Of a stretch of 64,000 nt of DNA, positions 24,447 through 37,220 are shown piece by piece. The notes beneath the pieces were generated by a model. That model saw nothing but the letters and a program-made list of their open reading frames with translations. It made no database searches and was not told the DNA's origin. Every line of letters starts with the position of its first letter. The first letter of the stretch is position 1. The stretch is from Ophelia neglecta (Eukaryota), in NCBI GenBank assembly GCA_965285935.1, contig OZ260664.1, forward strand, positions 90,024,001 to 90,088,000, given 5' to 3'. Made by a program: the position numbers and the translations under genes.

Positions 24447-27173
24447 TATATCTATACAGGTTGTGAGTTTATTACGATTAATGTACGTCCTCCCTTCTCA
24501 AACGCAAGGGCTTCCCTTAACTAACCTCTACAATAGCAGTTGGTCTACTTCCTGTACAGATTACCCTTAATCCGCCGTGGAATAATTATATCCCTTAAAA
24601 AAGGAAACAATTTTCTCGTCCCCTTGTTTCATATTTGTTATTACATTCAGTAAGGCCACTTACTCCTATTTCATTAAGAAATTTGTTTGCTACCCGCAAG
24701 AAAAAGTTGTTTATACCCCTGAGGCAGAGACAAGTCTCATAAGCTTTTAACTTCATTTAAAACTTTGTCTTGTCTCATTTTCGATTCATTTGACTAGCAT
24801 TCATTTGAGAATATGCAAATACATTTTTGTCTAGGGTCGTAGATACAGTATTCCGTTATAAATGAATAATATGATCGGCAGAGAAAGCAATGGGATGAAA
24901 TGCCTTGCGTCGAGACCAAATGTTATGATATCGATACACCGCACTATGACGAGTCCACAGTTCATGCTTTAAAAAGGCAGAAAGCAAAGAATTATCTTCA
25001 AACACAAAGGAAATTGGCTTCTATGTGATCAATGCTGCAAGGCTTTTTAAGGTTGTTTGAAGTCGGTTTTCTTAAGGGCAGAACAAAACTACGGTCTTTA
25101 TTGCGTTGTTTTCTGACGTTGGGTTTCTGTTTCTTCAAAGTCAGCATTGTTATATAAATATTTATCAATATTTATTAAGCCTTACAGATGGTCAAACTCT
25201 GCGGGTTTATTTGTGCATTAAGCAAGCATTAGTTGAATTCAATTTCGCCAACAAATTATTGATTCAACTATACGGATTCCATGAGCTGGTGCAGTCCTCC
25301 AGGATAACTGCCACTATCAAGGAGAGTGCTGAATTGCACATGGTTTAGAAATAAAGGAAGATCAATGTCTTGTGTCCTTTAATACATTCAGTATTAACAT
25401 ACGATGAGCAGCAGTGGAGTGATTCTTCTCTCTATATTGTTCAGGGACTCTTGGTTCCTACCCCATGCTGATCTGTTCAGATCATAAACTTATAATTCAT
25501 TGCCTTGATCTAAAATAATGTCTGAGTGTGGAATATATTCTTTTTAACTGATCGCATTAACACAATTGTATATCTGCCTGCTGAGGGTTCAGACTAGGTA
25601 TAATACTGTGGTTGCCGTCTCGGAGTAGATGCCCTAACGCGGACACAACTGCGTAGTAGCAATGCCGCCGAGAGTTTCAGACAAAACGAGCAAGGGTTCG
25701 CGAAATCGCAGACACCTATTATAGTATAGAGTGGCCAGTGTCTGCAGGAATTGACCTTAATTCTGCATCGGAATTTTTATACATTTGTGGGGTCAGAACC
25801 GAAGACTTCCACGGGGAATCAGTAACATGGACTCGGGAAATGCTTGTAGAATGAGTTGAAACAATAGAGACTTCCAGATTTTTCTGACGTGTCCGACCGC
25901 GATATGTGAGGCCCTGCCAACCGAGCAATAAAGTCTACATGATATGCGCCGCAGGACTGTCTTAATACATCAGAGACGTATTTGTGCCTGGCTGGCTGGA
26001 TCCCACGGTTTGCGAACGGACACCAGTGTAAATTATAGAAATCTCTAATAACGTACCACGCGTCAAACGCGTTCACATCGCTTTTCTAAATTGTGTATCA
26101 GCGTTTGTGTACTGAAGAAGCTCTTCAAAGCAATGTGATGTTCTCACCGTGGCATTGAAGTAGCATCGTGGAAACGTCTACTGCAGCCTTCTTTACTACA
26201 AGCCAATTATGGTTGTCATTCTTGTTTTGTCTTTCTTTATTGTCACGCCTGGTCGGTCATTTTCCTTGTCGGCATGACTTTAGGAATAGGTCAGGCCGAC
26301 CCCACATCCAAGAAACATCGTTTTGTAACTACAGTTAAGACAACAAATTTCTATTACAAAAAATGACAACACACTAAAAAAGTGGGTAAACATATCATAT
26401 TCGCCTTCCAAGAATAACGCAGAATAATTTGTCAGAATGTAGCTAAGGCCGTTAGCCACAAGAATGAAAATAAAGCCTACACAACTATCAGGCCGCAGGC
26501 CACAACAAAAAAGCTTGCAACAAAATTGGGTCAATAACTTAGTTTTATTCAGATATTTCTTGCTATATATACCAGTCCAATGTTCCCGTCTTTTTTTTTG
26601 CGGTTTTTTATTTCAATGTATGCCGATAATCAGAATTGATACAAGCCTTAAGTATTGTTTAACTCTACCAGTATTCCGTACGATATTAAGAAAATAAGTG
26701 ATGATTGTACCGTCATAAGTTCAATGTATTTTTAACATATATCCCCTACAACTGCGAGGCAGCCCTGCAATTCCGCATCTTTTTTCATCATTTACATATA
26801 ATGACCTGACCAACAGTAGTTGGCAACTAAGGTGACTCTAATACTAACTGGACAAGCTGCCCACTATAGGCAAGTAAGCCAATTTGGCTGTCTGTGGAAT
26901 GAAACAGCAGGGCGGGCTGGACATGTAGATTAGGGCGACGGATAATGGAAAAACATAACTCCAGTTCAAGTATGCATCATTTTACAGTGACCATAATGAA
27001 ACCAAAGAGCCTGCTTGAGCTTGAGGGTTTGTCGAGTTCATGGTATACCTCAAAATAAGGCTATTACCGTATATATTAGGAAGAAAATTGACCCCATCAT
27101 GATGAGCTGCTGTCCTGATTACAGAATGCATTATAATTGTGTATTTTATTCTGCTGTTTATCATATTCAACAG

Positions 27174-27198
27174 TAAAAACTTCATGGACGAGCAAAAG
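27174..27198 (+). other. Candidate 25-nt microexon (t-KNFMDEQK)
   Basis: Acceptor TTTTATTCTGCTGTTTATCATATTCAACAG| and donor AAG|GTGAGC. Confidence 0.3.
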
Positions 27199-29879
27199 GT
27201 GAGCCTAAAGTTTTATGCTGTCTTAAACATGCATTTCATTAGTATTTATTGTCCATGATTGACGAAGTTCATTTGTGCATTCAAATTAAACAACTTCGCT
27301 TGTAGTGTTGAATAAGGTTATATGATCAAATATAACAGATGACATGCATTTACAGAAGAAAAACCTTACTTAAAATATAATGACACTCATAACAATGCAT
27401 ATCAAAGCATATTTCTGATTCCAAACTAATGCAAATATTACAGGTGTTTTTCATACCATATAAATAATAACTAGTACATGTACCTAGACTTTGGTACACT
27501 TTCTTTCATGTATACACTCCGGCCAATCAAATACATGTCCGCATAGCGCGGCTTTACTTTTTTCCTAATCGGCTGGTCTATTTGGATGGTGGTGGAAATG
27601 AAATGTTCTTGGCGTACATTGTCACATTTACAGCTTGAAATGACTGGTATAATACATGCCTGGATTGTGCTGCCTGGCTGGGAGGCAAATGGGCCAAACC
27701 ATTTTCCATAGCTGCTATAATAGACTGGTCCATAATAAATGTACACATGGTGTTTTAAGGGCGTATACACTAAATTAACATTAATGTTATTTAAGGAAAA
27801 CAGCAAACAGATATATTAATAAGCCAACTTATTCCAAGTGACTTGTAAACACTGATATCTTAAAGACATCACTATACGTTATAAATATTCGAAACGTTTC
27901 TACAAATTACAGAAATCTTATTGTGCCAATAAATTAGCTTTACCTCGCCAAGAGACAAGCAGAAAGCTCATTTTCATTAACAATCAATCCGTTAAAGTCC
28001 ATATACATTATCATATCAATCCATGTTGCATAAGTCACTTATATGATAATAAATGGGCCATATCCCAATAATAGCAAGAGAATGAAGAGGGTATTTTGTG
28101 CACCAGATGTTGTTCTTGCATTAAAACAACCAAATATAACTATACTGTTAGGGTCTGTATAAAAATACCATGCATTTCTGCGTGTTTCTAAAAGCAGAGA
28201 GACTTATCATTTATTTAGAGGCGAGTAGTCATCGTGATTTATTTCAGTGGGTAACGGAGGACAGGTTGATGTTATGCAACATCCTTTTTTTAAAAGCGTT
28301 CAACAGCCTGTTGTATAAATGCCAGTATTCTAACGCTCCTTGTACTGGCCCATATTCACAGCTATTCAAAGCCCCCCTAAGAGAATATAAACACTAACTG
28401 TCAAGGCAGATATACTATTATTTGCAATTTGGCTTTGTTAATGAACCATTATCCAAAGAACACGGGTTTTCAAAGAAGGCAATAGACAAAAATGATTTGC
28501 CATTATAATCTCAAATGAGCTCTCACGATACATGCATAAATAGTTGTATGTGATGTGCATTATATTTGTGCGATATTTTCGAACAATCTTTTATATAAAC
28601 TTTACCTGACCAATATTTGATCAATTGTGTTACAAACAATACAGTAATAACTAAAATCACCATTTCTATTTATAAATGCTTCTTGTTTTGAAAGGAAACA
28701 ATCAAATGTTTCAATGGAGAAACACTGTAGCAAAAGGGCATTTATATATATTAACTAATATAACTTCTATTACAAAGGGACTTGCAGCTGTTATTAAATT
28801 CCTCAGTCAGAGTGAAATGCAGTGTGAAAGCTTCTCCGATGGTGTCTCTCACCGTTTTTATGAAGAGAAACGGCATCACGAACAAAGTGCATGCCCCACT
28901 TAAACTTGATTTGTGGTGTCACTGAGGCTCATACATAGAAAATGTTCCTTCCTCTGTGTCGTGTTAAGGCATCGTATTTAACCAAACGGATGCCTAATGT
29001 CAGGCGACAGATCCTTACTCTTGAAATAAAAATATTTCAACATTTACAAAGTAGTGAGTAAAACTGGTTATAGCTGATGCTTGCGTGCTGTATATGGTTT
29101 GGTGATACAGAAAGAGAGAGGCTTGCATAATCGTAGATTCATAATATATTATTTAAATTTGCATATTTTGTCAGTAACTGTTAAAGGAGGGACACACGGA
29201 GTGAAACGTGTTTTAATGTCAGTAGTTACGAAGTACCATAGGAACCTTTCAAAATATTTCCACGCATGGACGACAAGAATTGATTAGCTGATAGGGAGGG
29301 GTTTTTCTATTGCCGATACCAATCCCCAAATATAGGTCATATATAGTTTATGTTAATTTTGTTGGATTTTATGTCAGCATTAACATGATATTTCAAGCCA
29401 TGATATAATGTAGTGTAGTTTTTTTCTTAATTTTCATGATCGGAAATACGAGTCAAGAGCCCAATCATGTCCAGCATGTTTCCGAGGAACGTTGCGTCGA
29501 AACACTTTGGTTTATGTACAGACGTTTACCCAAGTACTGTCGTTTGGTCTTGCTAAGCCTCGTTCGTACAAGCCTGAATGTCCGCTTTAACCTGTCCTGA
29601 ATCAAATAGGCCTAATACATGACATAGTAATCTATGCTTTTTTATTTGTTTTCCGTCCTTACTCAGAAGTACTCCACAATTACAAACCCTGGATCCATTT
29701 AGTTTTATTTATCGAGTCATGTGTACCCAGGAGCAACATTAGTATAAAATTCTGCTTCAAAAGACCAACTACACAAAATAATTTGCTTATTTATCATCCA
29801 AACTTAACCTATTGTCACTGCAATTAAAAACAAGGTACTGACAGGGACATTCCAATATTTGTTTAAACTTTATATTACC

Positions 29880-30860
29880 TTGGACTTGAACACCAGGGTT
29901 AACACGACTAGTTAAAAAAAGTATCCATCGCCAACAGGGGTGATCAAGGCTTGTTCTCTCCGTTGTTATAACCACTAGAGGTAAACAAAAGGTTTGTTAT
30001 CACAGTAACAGCGACCACCAGAAGTGATTAAAGCTTGTTCTCTCAGTATCTATGACCACAAGAAGTGAGTTTAGCTTGTCCGCACAGTAATTATCACCAC
30101 CAGAAGTGAGCAAAGCTTGTCCTCATATTACCTATGAGCAACAAAAGTGAGTATACTTGTTCTCATAGTATCTAAGACCACCAGAAGTGAATAAAGCTTA
30201 TTTTCACAGTAAGTTTGAGACAACGAAAACTGAGCAAATCTTGCCCTCACAGTACCCAAGACCACCAGAAGGAGCAATTCTCACAGTACCTTAGACCACC
30301 AGAAGTTATGAAAGGTTCTTCTCACAGTAACTAAGACCACCTAAAGTGAGCAAAGGTTCTTCTCACATTACCTAAGACCACAAGTGAGCAAAGCTTCTTC
30401 TCACAGAACCTCCTCCAGAAGTGAGCAAAGCTTGTTCTAGAAGGCCTTTAAATTACCAGCGAAGACGTGGCTTGTTATCACAGTTGCCGTGGTCAACACG
30501 ATTGAAACTGGCTGGTTATCACAGCATTTATAAGCACCAGGGTTTAACAAAGGTTGTTATCATAGTACACGTGATGACTAGGTGCTATAGGGCAGGTTAC
30601 TACAATACTTATGACCAACAGGAGCTAGGCTTATTATCACAGTCCTTATAACTACAAGGTGAGAATAAGGATTGCCGTTACATTTCTCATAAACTCCTGG
30701 TGAGAATAAGGCTTGCTATAACATTATTTATAACCACCAGCGTGGAAGAACGCTTCTTAGTACAGCACTCACCAGGGGAGACATAAGAGCTTATTATTAC
30801 AGTACCTGGACCCAGGAGGGGTTCCCTAGGCTTGTTAGCAGAGTGCAGATAACCCGTGGT
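29880..30860. repeat. 41-bp minisatellite, roughly 24 diverged copies
   Basis: Consensus is about GACCACCAGAAGTGAGCAAAGCTTGTTCTCACAGTAYCTAW, with units at 30013, 30054, 30095, 30136 and 30176. Both flanks are more diverged and the boundaries are approximate. Confidence 0.93.
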
Positions 30861-32190
30861 ATGTACCGAATATGAGATTGTACCTCAAACCCCCCGAATG
30901 CTTGGTCGGACCTGTATGGAATCTAATAGGGCGTTGGGCCTTCCATCGCGTTGTTTTTGCCATTTTTCATGACGAAAAGACTTGTATACCGATAAGACAA
31001 ACTCGTTGGCATGCAGTTTGCACATTATTGAATATATTTTAGATTAACGAGTTGCCCAAGTGGTGAGTGTTTTGCAAGACCTTAGCACAGTAGATGATAT
31101 ATAAATATTCCATAAAGCCGTTTTGTTGTCTGAAAGGAAAGGGACATATATCTCAAACATTTCTCTGAAGTGTATTAACTAACATTTTATTCTAGATACA
31201 ATATGCGTCATTAGGCAATACACACACTATGTTACGAATTTACTCTTCAAATGTCACAATATTAATTTCATTGTGTCTACTTCCTTTCTTGTCAACAAAT
31301 GAAAAAAAATGGAAAAAGAACTTCCGGCAGACTGAGAAAAATCATTAATAATGAAACGTCCATTAAATTAGTCTGAAAGCCTCAGGAACCACCAGTCACA
31401 TGTCATTATGAACCAATCCAAGTTTCCTAACTATAAGCTTATATTGAAAAAAAAAATTATCAAATTAAATTTGTCCGAAAAAGTCCACAGTTTTATACGA
31501 TACTACTAAGTAAATGGTCAATGTAAGACAGAGATGAATATGCCCAAGAGAGTTTAGGGTGGTCCAAGCTCTCTTGTTAGTGTATGTTTTACTATGCTCT
31601 CTCACAACTTTCAGATTATTGATGTGTATGTCTCGATACGCACTCGTCCCCGTCATTTTTCACCATGCTAATCATAAGACACTCAAAAATACCTTTTCGT
31701 GGCTGTGACTCCGATGAATCACCGGCAATAGGCCACTTCGAAAGACGTAGTTAGATACAATGACCAAATTGAATAATTTCGTTAGAAATTCGATTCTGGT
31801 TCGTGTGCAGCGAGTGAAATCTTAGAAGAGAGACTGGCTTGAGGTCATGATTTGTTTCTCGAGATAGATGACCAGGGCACCCCTTTGCGTGCATGAACTA
31901 GTGCTCATTGCATTGATATAATGTCTACTGGAACAAAGATCAAGGGATTCTGTGCATATGGACAATGGATGCCAATGGCCGATATAGGATTGCTTCGTGC
32001 ACAGCCCGCCACTGACCCTCACTTAGTTGGCATGACGAAAGAAGGAAATTGGCCCTCTGCTCATGACCGTCCTGCCCATAGCCGACTTCCGGGGCCTTCC
32101 TGATTTACTAGTAACAGCGTAGCTAATACCCAAACACGGCAATCTCTATCAGATATTACAGGAGAGGCCACGCTAATAACAAGGACTTAC

Positions 32191-32292
32191 ATCGGCGTTG
32201 TAGTCAAACTGATGGATTGTCCACTCAGTACTGACAGTTAAGGACCAACCATCGATTGATGAAGATGGCAAGTATTGACAGAGGCTTGTTGT
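32191..32292 (-). other. Candidate 102-nt exon (open only in phase 0: TTSLCQYLPSSSIDGWSLTVSTEWTIHQFDYNAD)
   Basis: On the minus strand: branch-like TTAAC, acceptor ATTTCTTTCCACCTAG| and donor GAT|GTAAGT. Confidence 0.35.
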
Positions 32293-33697
32293 CTAGGTGG
32301 AAAGAAATGTTAACTAAAGTGGCAGAAATATTTGTGTGAATGTAAGAAAGGAATTTGTCTCCATATGGTACACCCGCGAGAGAGATAAATATTTATTATA
32401 AAGTTAGAATTGATCTGGTTGATTATGGATATAGTTCTTTACACACGTCAGCAAGGAGAGATACAAACTGCTAAAGAAACAAACGAGTCCCTTGCTTAAT
32501 AAGCTCAGGGAGCTCAAACAGAGTACACCATGCTATTATTTATAATTCAAACACACCGGCGATAACGCATATTTGTATTATTCGAAAATATCGATAATGA
32601 AATGGAGCCTATTGTACAGTTATTTGGAAAAATGTAACTTCATTTGGAGCTAAAGGGGAAATAAGGAAACTGACCAAATGTTAACGCTTTATACGAATGA
32701 GCATCAGTATGAAGCGGCGCACATGGCCTCTAGCACTAGGATTGCCGGTCCTTATATTCAAGGGAAAAACAGCCATCGCAACATGAATAGAACACGAACA
32801 AGCCAATATTATTTGGGATAGTTACACACACCAAACGAAAATAAACTTCGTAGTAACTGGGCTAGGGCTTATAACATGGATGATTGTTTCCATGAATATA
32901 TATGGGGAAAATTGGAGACATTAATGTCAGAACTTTCTAGTAGTTTTAAGCATAGCTAACATACCTATTATATATGTTATAGTTTTGAGCCCCATCATTG
33001 GACACTTCTATTCACACAGGGATCAAGAAAATCCGACAAACACTTGACATTACAAAATCCGTTCCAAATCTAATAGACCCTCCTTTTTTTCAACATTAAA
33101 ACGGGTCATATACATTAAGTTGTAAGCCACAGAAAGGCGTGAGGTATAATCGCCTATTCTATCAAACTTTCAATTTGACATACACATGTCATTTCTCCCA
33201 GCCCTTACTTGCACTATATAGCCGAGTGTCCATAGCTATACACGCCCGTGTTTAAAGTCTAATCAGTAGTAGCTGTATGATTATCCATCCATTCACTACT
33301 CAGCTATGGCTTAAACGTGGTATTATAGTCAATGTTATGGATTATATCATTTACCTAAATCTAAATCTGAATGTTTGGATTGATATACACTACATATGGG
33401 AAACCCGAAACGTATTTGGCTTGTGTGACTGTAGTATGCATATTAAGAAAAGGTCACTGCTCTTTGTGTCAACAGAATTCCTAATGTACCTGTAATCTGA
33501 TACAACTAAAAGCTAATAGCAATAAGTATGCTTAGTCCTTTTATCCCCTTGATAGACCATATTACTCTCTGCTTGCCCTGCTGTTATCAGCCACATATTT
33601 ATAATCAGGTACGAGTATATATCCACAAACAAACCATATTTAGTTTGGTACACCAAACGTCTGTAATAATTTTTGACGATTAATGAGCATTAACCTT

Positions 33698-34370
33698 AAT
33701 CGGTCAGCGTTTCAACACCATTCCCAAAAAATCAGGTTGAACGTACGACGCAATACACAGATATATCTGGTTAGTGTTACAACACCATACCCAGACAAAT
33801 CTGGTCAAAATTAGAACACCATACCCAGATAAATCTGGTTAATGTTACAACACCATACCCAGATAAATTTGGTCAAAATTACAACACCATACCCAGATAA
33901 ATCTGGTTAATAATACAACACCATACCCTGATAAATCTGGTTAATGTTACAACACCATACCCAGACAAATCTGCTCAAAATTACAACACCATACCCACAT
34001 TAATCTGGTTAATAATACAACACCATACCCTGATAAATCTGGTCAAAATTACAACACCATACCCAGATAAATCTGGTTAATAATACAACACCATACCCTG
34101 ATAAATCTGGTTAATGTTACAACACCATACCCAGATAAACCTAGTGCAAAGCACAACATAATAGCAAGATAAATCTGGTCAAAGTTTCCGCTTCACAATT
34201 AAATAAATCTGATCAACGTTACAATACCATACCCAGTTAAGTCAGGTCAGCGTAGCAACATCATTCTCAGATAAATGTATTAACACTATATACCCAGATA
34301 AATATGGTCAAAGGCACAACACAAAACCCAAATTAATCTGGTCAACCTTAAAATATCATTCCATATATAA
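33698..34370. repeat. 34-bp minisatellite, about 20 copies, with internal dyad CCAGAT-AA-ATCTGG
   Basis: ACAACACCATACCCAGATAAATCTGGT(TAATGTT/CAAAATT/TAATAAT) with period 34 (33781, 33815 ...). The core at 33770-34140 is homogeneous. Confidence 0.97.
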
Positions 34371-34739
34371 TTAAATAATAGCCATGCCACCTTTAGAAAT
34401 ACACGTTATGGTCATTGAAGTGGGTCAATGAGAAGCAAATACGGATCCTGTACACCATGTCTTAGCGAGATTTCAACATTTTACAAAATGTGAACATAGA
34501 TGAGTTATATTAAAACATTTTCAAGGAAAACTCAGCACAAATATAGTTTTGCATTTTAGGGCCGAAAAATAATTGAATTTTCATATAAACCATCGATTGC
34601 ATTACACAGTTCCATTAGGCCGAGCTTAAACGTTGCACAAACACATCTTTTTTTACAAAAGGATTCTTGATGACCTTCTGATGCAACGCCCGTCCATATT
34701 TATCTGGACTGCGATGACACACCGTTATATTGTGGTAAA

Positions 34740-34862
34740 AATTCATGTTTTGGTTGTTTGATGATTAATCGTATCTTGTGTCTGCTTAATTATAGTTTAT
34801 ATTGCAGTTGTACTTCCTCTAATTTGGTGAAAATAAATGATTTTGAATCTGAATCTGAATCT
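34740..34862 (+). mobile_element. Probable 3' end of a non-LTR retroposon (LINE/SINE tail)
   Basis: T-rich segment, then AATAAA at 34832, then (GAATCT)3 at 34845-34862. Short tandem tails after a poly(A) signal are typical of L2/CR1/RTE-type elements. The 5' boundary is approximate. Confidence 0.5.
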
Positions 34863-35545
34863 ATATGGTCACTGGAAGAAAATATTAATTTCAAATTTGT
34901 ACCGAAAATTGTTGCATAATCAATGTATAATAGAAAGGAAGAAACCGTAAATATTATTTAGATACTACACTTTTTTTCCATTTTAACAATTTGTATTTCT
35001 TTCTGAACCTAAAAAACTGTCTAAAAGTGCCCCAAGATAAAATCTACTAATCATTAAAGTATGGCAGCATTCTGACACTGACGTCGATATACAAGTAGTA
35101 TTCGTTCACATTGTACGTCATGGAAGAGTGTCACGCATGTATATTTAGACAGCATAGTGACTTGTCCCTCTTTAAATATCAGACGAGATCTAGGCTAATA
35201 GTTTTATTAGCTTTTGGCTGATGACGCTTTCAGGATAATCTTCTTATTTTCATTTGGGACAAAATGTACATGCTTGTCATAACCTAATATGTAACCCAGT
35301 CCAACTTTCGGAAATTTGATTCCCAACCCACAGAGGTAAGCTGACATAGAACTGTCAAGATCAAATGGATATTTAGCGCAGCCCTGGACAGTAATTGTAG
35401 AATAGCTGGGTAAATCGATATACTTTTGATAACTAAGTATGACAATAAAAACCCGAAGATTTCACCATGGGAATTGACTGGTGCGGGAGTTGGAGTATAT
35501 GGTAACCATGGTCATTTGATATAATGATCTAGATAAATAGCATAC

Positions 35546-35655
35546 CTATGGACGGGTTTCTCTCCTTCCATGCTGACCACATATCCGGTGCCCTGAGTTT
35601 CCACGATATTCAGCGTACTCCAGATGTAGAATAAAATTAAGTTGATAATCCTCAT
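35546..35655 (-). CDS. Candidate first coding segment (MRIINLILFYIWSTLNIVETQGTGYVVSMEGEKPVH, phase 2) within putative exon 35546-35762; product unknown
   Basis: Acceptor CATTTTAAG| at 35763 and donor TAG|GTATGC at 35545. The N-terminus is signal-peptide-like. A second in-frame ATG has good context (AGCATGG, MEGEKPVH). No homology recognised. Confidence 0.3.
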
Positions 35656-35895
35656 GATGATCACAATATGATCAAAAGCCAACAAGTAGATAAGGATCAC
35701 AGATGTTCTTTAATTACAGAAGTTTCAGCAGTTGCACTCACAGTGTTAACAGTTTCCTGTACCTTAAAATGTAATGTTTTCTTAGTCTGGTTCCGTAGTT
35801 TGTTGTGATTTGTTGACTGTTGTCCTCAAGTTTAGGTACTCCCTTTCCTGGAGTCTAGATAACTGTCCCAGTCGTATGTACAAGCAGTCACTTAC

Positions 35896-35975
35896 GAGTG
35901 TGTCTTATTGCGAATTCGCGACAGGAATCAGTCTAGTGCCATTGTTCTCCGTCATAAATCAACAGCTAATGGAGT
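35896..35975 (-). other. Candidate 80-nt 5' UTR/non-coding exon
   Basis: Acceptor GTTGTTTCTTGTTGCTTACAG| and donor CTC|GTAAGT. This would leave a 133-nt GT-AG intron to the next candidate exon. Confidence 0.35.
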
Positions 35976-36791
35976 CTGTAAGCAACAAGAAACAACTAAG
36001 ATCAGTATGGAAACATTAAATATAGAATTATGACATTTGACGTGTGTGCAGGGAGCATCTTTTACCAGACATTGCAGGATAGCATAGCGGCGTGTAGTCA
36101 TATGGCTGGCTAAGATGATACTAGAGAAGGCAACTGACAAGGGAAATGACTCGGCTCCATTGCTGTGATTTCAGCTGCTGCAAACACGCCTGAGAATCAG
36201 ATTGCGGGCATAGAATGCGCGCCAAAAAGCTATTGCAACACGGGCGTCTGTATGGCGCTGTGGCGCCATTAAGCGGGCAAAACATCAATTTGTTCAGCTC
36301 AGTTCTCAGTGAATGTCTCACGGTTGAGAGATAAGCATGTCTGGATATTTCTCGATTTGTATCAGCTGGATGGCTAGAGTCTTGGGTTTGATTAACGGGA
36401 TTTTTATCAAAAATTAGGACATTTTAGAGAACTAGCTAGCCCGTTCTCCCCTTGGTTGATGTTCAAAGGCTAGATCTGTTTGATGTTTACGAATTGCCTT
36501 TGGTACAATAAAACCTGAATGTTAGGGTATAGTATGCCAGCACATGTAATGGTAGCCATTAACCCGTATAGCCTCAGGTAATAAAGAGTAAAGACAAAGC
36601 CAGCTAGCGCCTGTCACAGCAATTTACTTGGATCCTTAATCACCTCTTTAAAGTGATGCACTCATGAACATGACACACAGCTTGTATACATGGTTAATAC
36701 TTGTTTGGTGTTTTCCGTCCCTCGGTCTATATTCGGAAACTACTAATTAATAGTGTCCGTTATGATATCCTTTTATTGAGACGCTTAGTGC

Positions 36792-36947
36792 CAGAGGCGT
36801 AGGAAGGAAAATCAAAGTGAGGGGGCCAACTTTATATCAGCGGCATAAAAAGTGGGGGGGGGGGCAAAAAATACGATGGCCCCCCACTTTTTACGTTGGG
36901 GGAGGGGGGCATGCCACCCCCCCCCCCTCCTGCTTCCTACGCCACTG
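36792..36947. mobile_element. Short MITE with CAGTGGCGTAGGAAG-type TIRs
   Basis: CAGAGGCGTAGGAAG ... CTTCCTACGCCACTG (14/15 match), with an internal AAAAGTGGGGG/CCCCCACTTTT dyad. No clear TSD. Confidence 0.8.
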
Positions 36948-37099
36948 TACATTGATTTTTACATGCAAAAAAATATTAAATAAATCCAATCATTGGCTGG
37001 GTAATGGGTTTGTAAATAACCTGCCCACAGGTAACTATATGATTATGGTGAAGCCAACTGAGAACAGACGCTTCTGACCACTGCTGCATTACACCATTT

Positions 37100-37220
37100 T
37101 GAGAGGGCAAAAACTGAGAGGGTCATCATTCAAAAGTGAAGGGGCCAAAAAATATGATGGCCTCCCCACTTTTTTTTAAAGTGGGGGCGGGCTTGCCCCC
37201 CCCCCCCCCTTAAGCCACTG
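37100..37220. mobile_element. Partial second copy of the 36792-36947 element
   Basis: AAAAGTG..GGGGCCAAAAAATATGATGGCC.CCCCACTTTT...GCCACTG parallels the first copy. The left TIR is absent. Confidence 0.7.

Noticed and set aside
26698-26809. GTGATGA...CTGA, like a C/D-box snoRNA
   Set aside because: No terminal stem and no recognisable rRNA/snRNA antisense element.
29880-34370. CRISPR-like appearance of the 41-bp and 34-bp arrays
   Set aside because: Linkers are homologous rather than unique spacers, there are no cas genes, and the context is eukaryotic.
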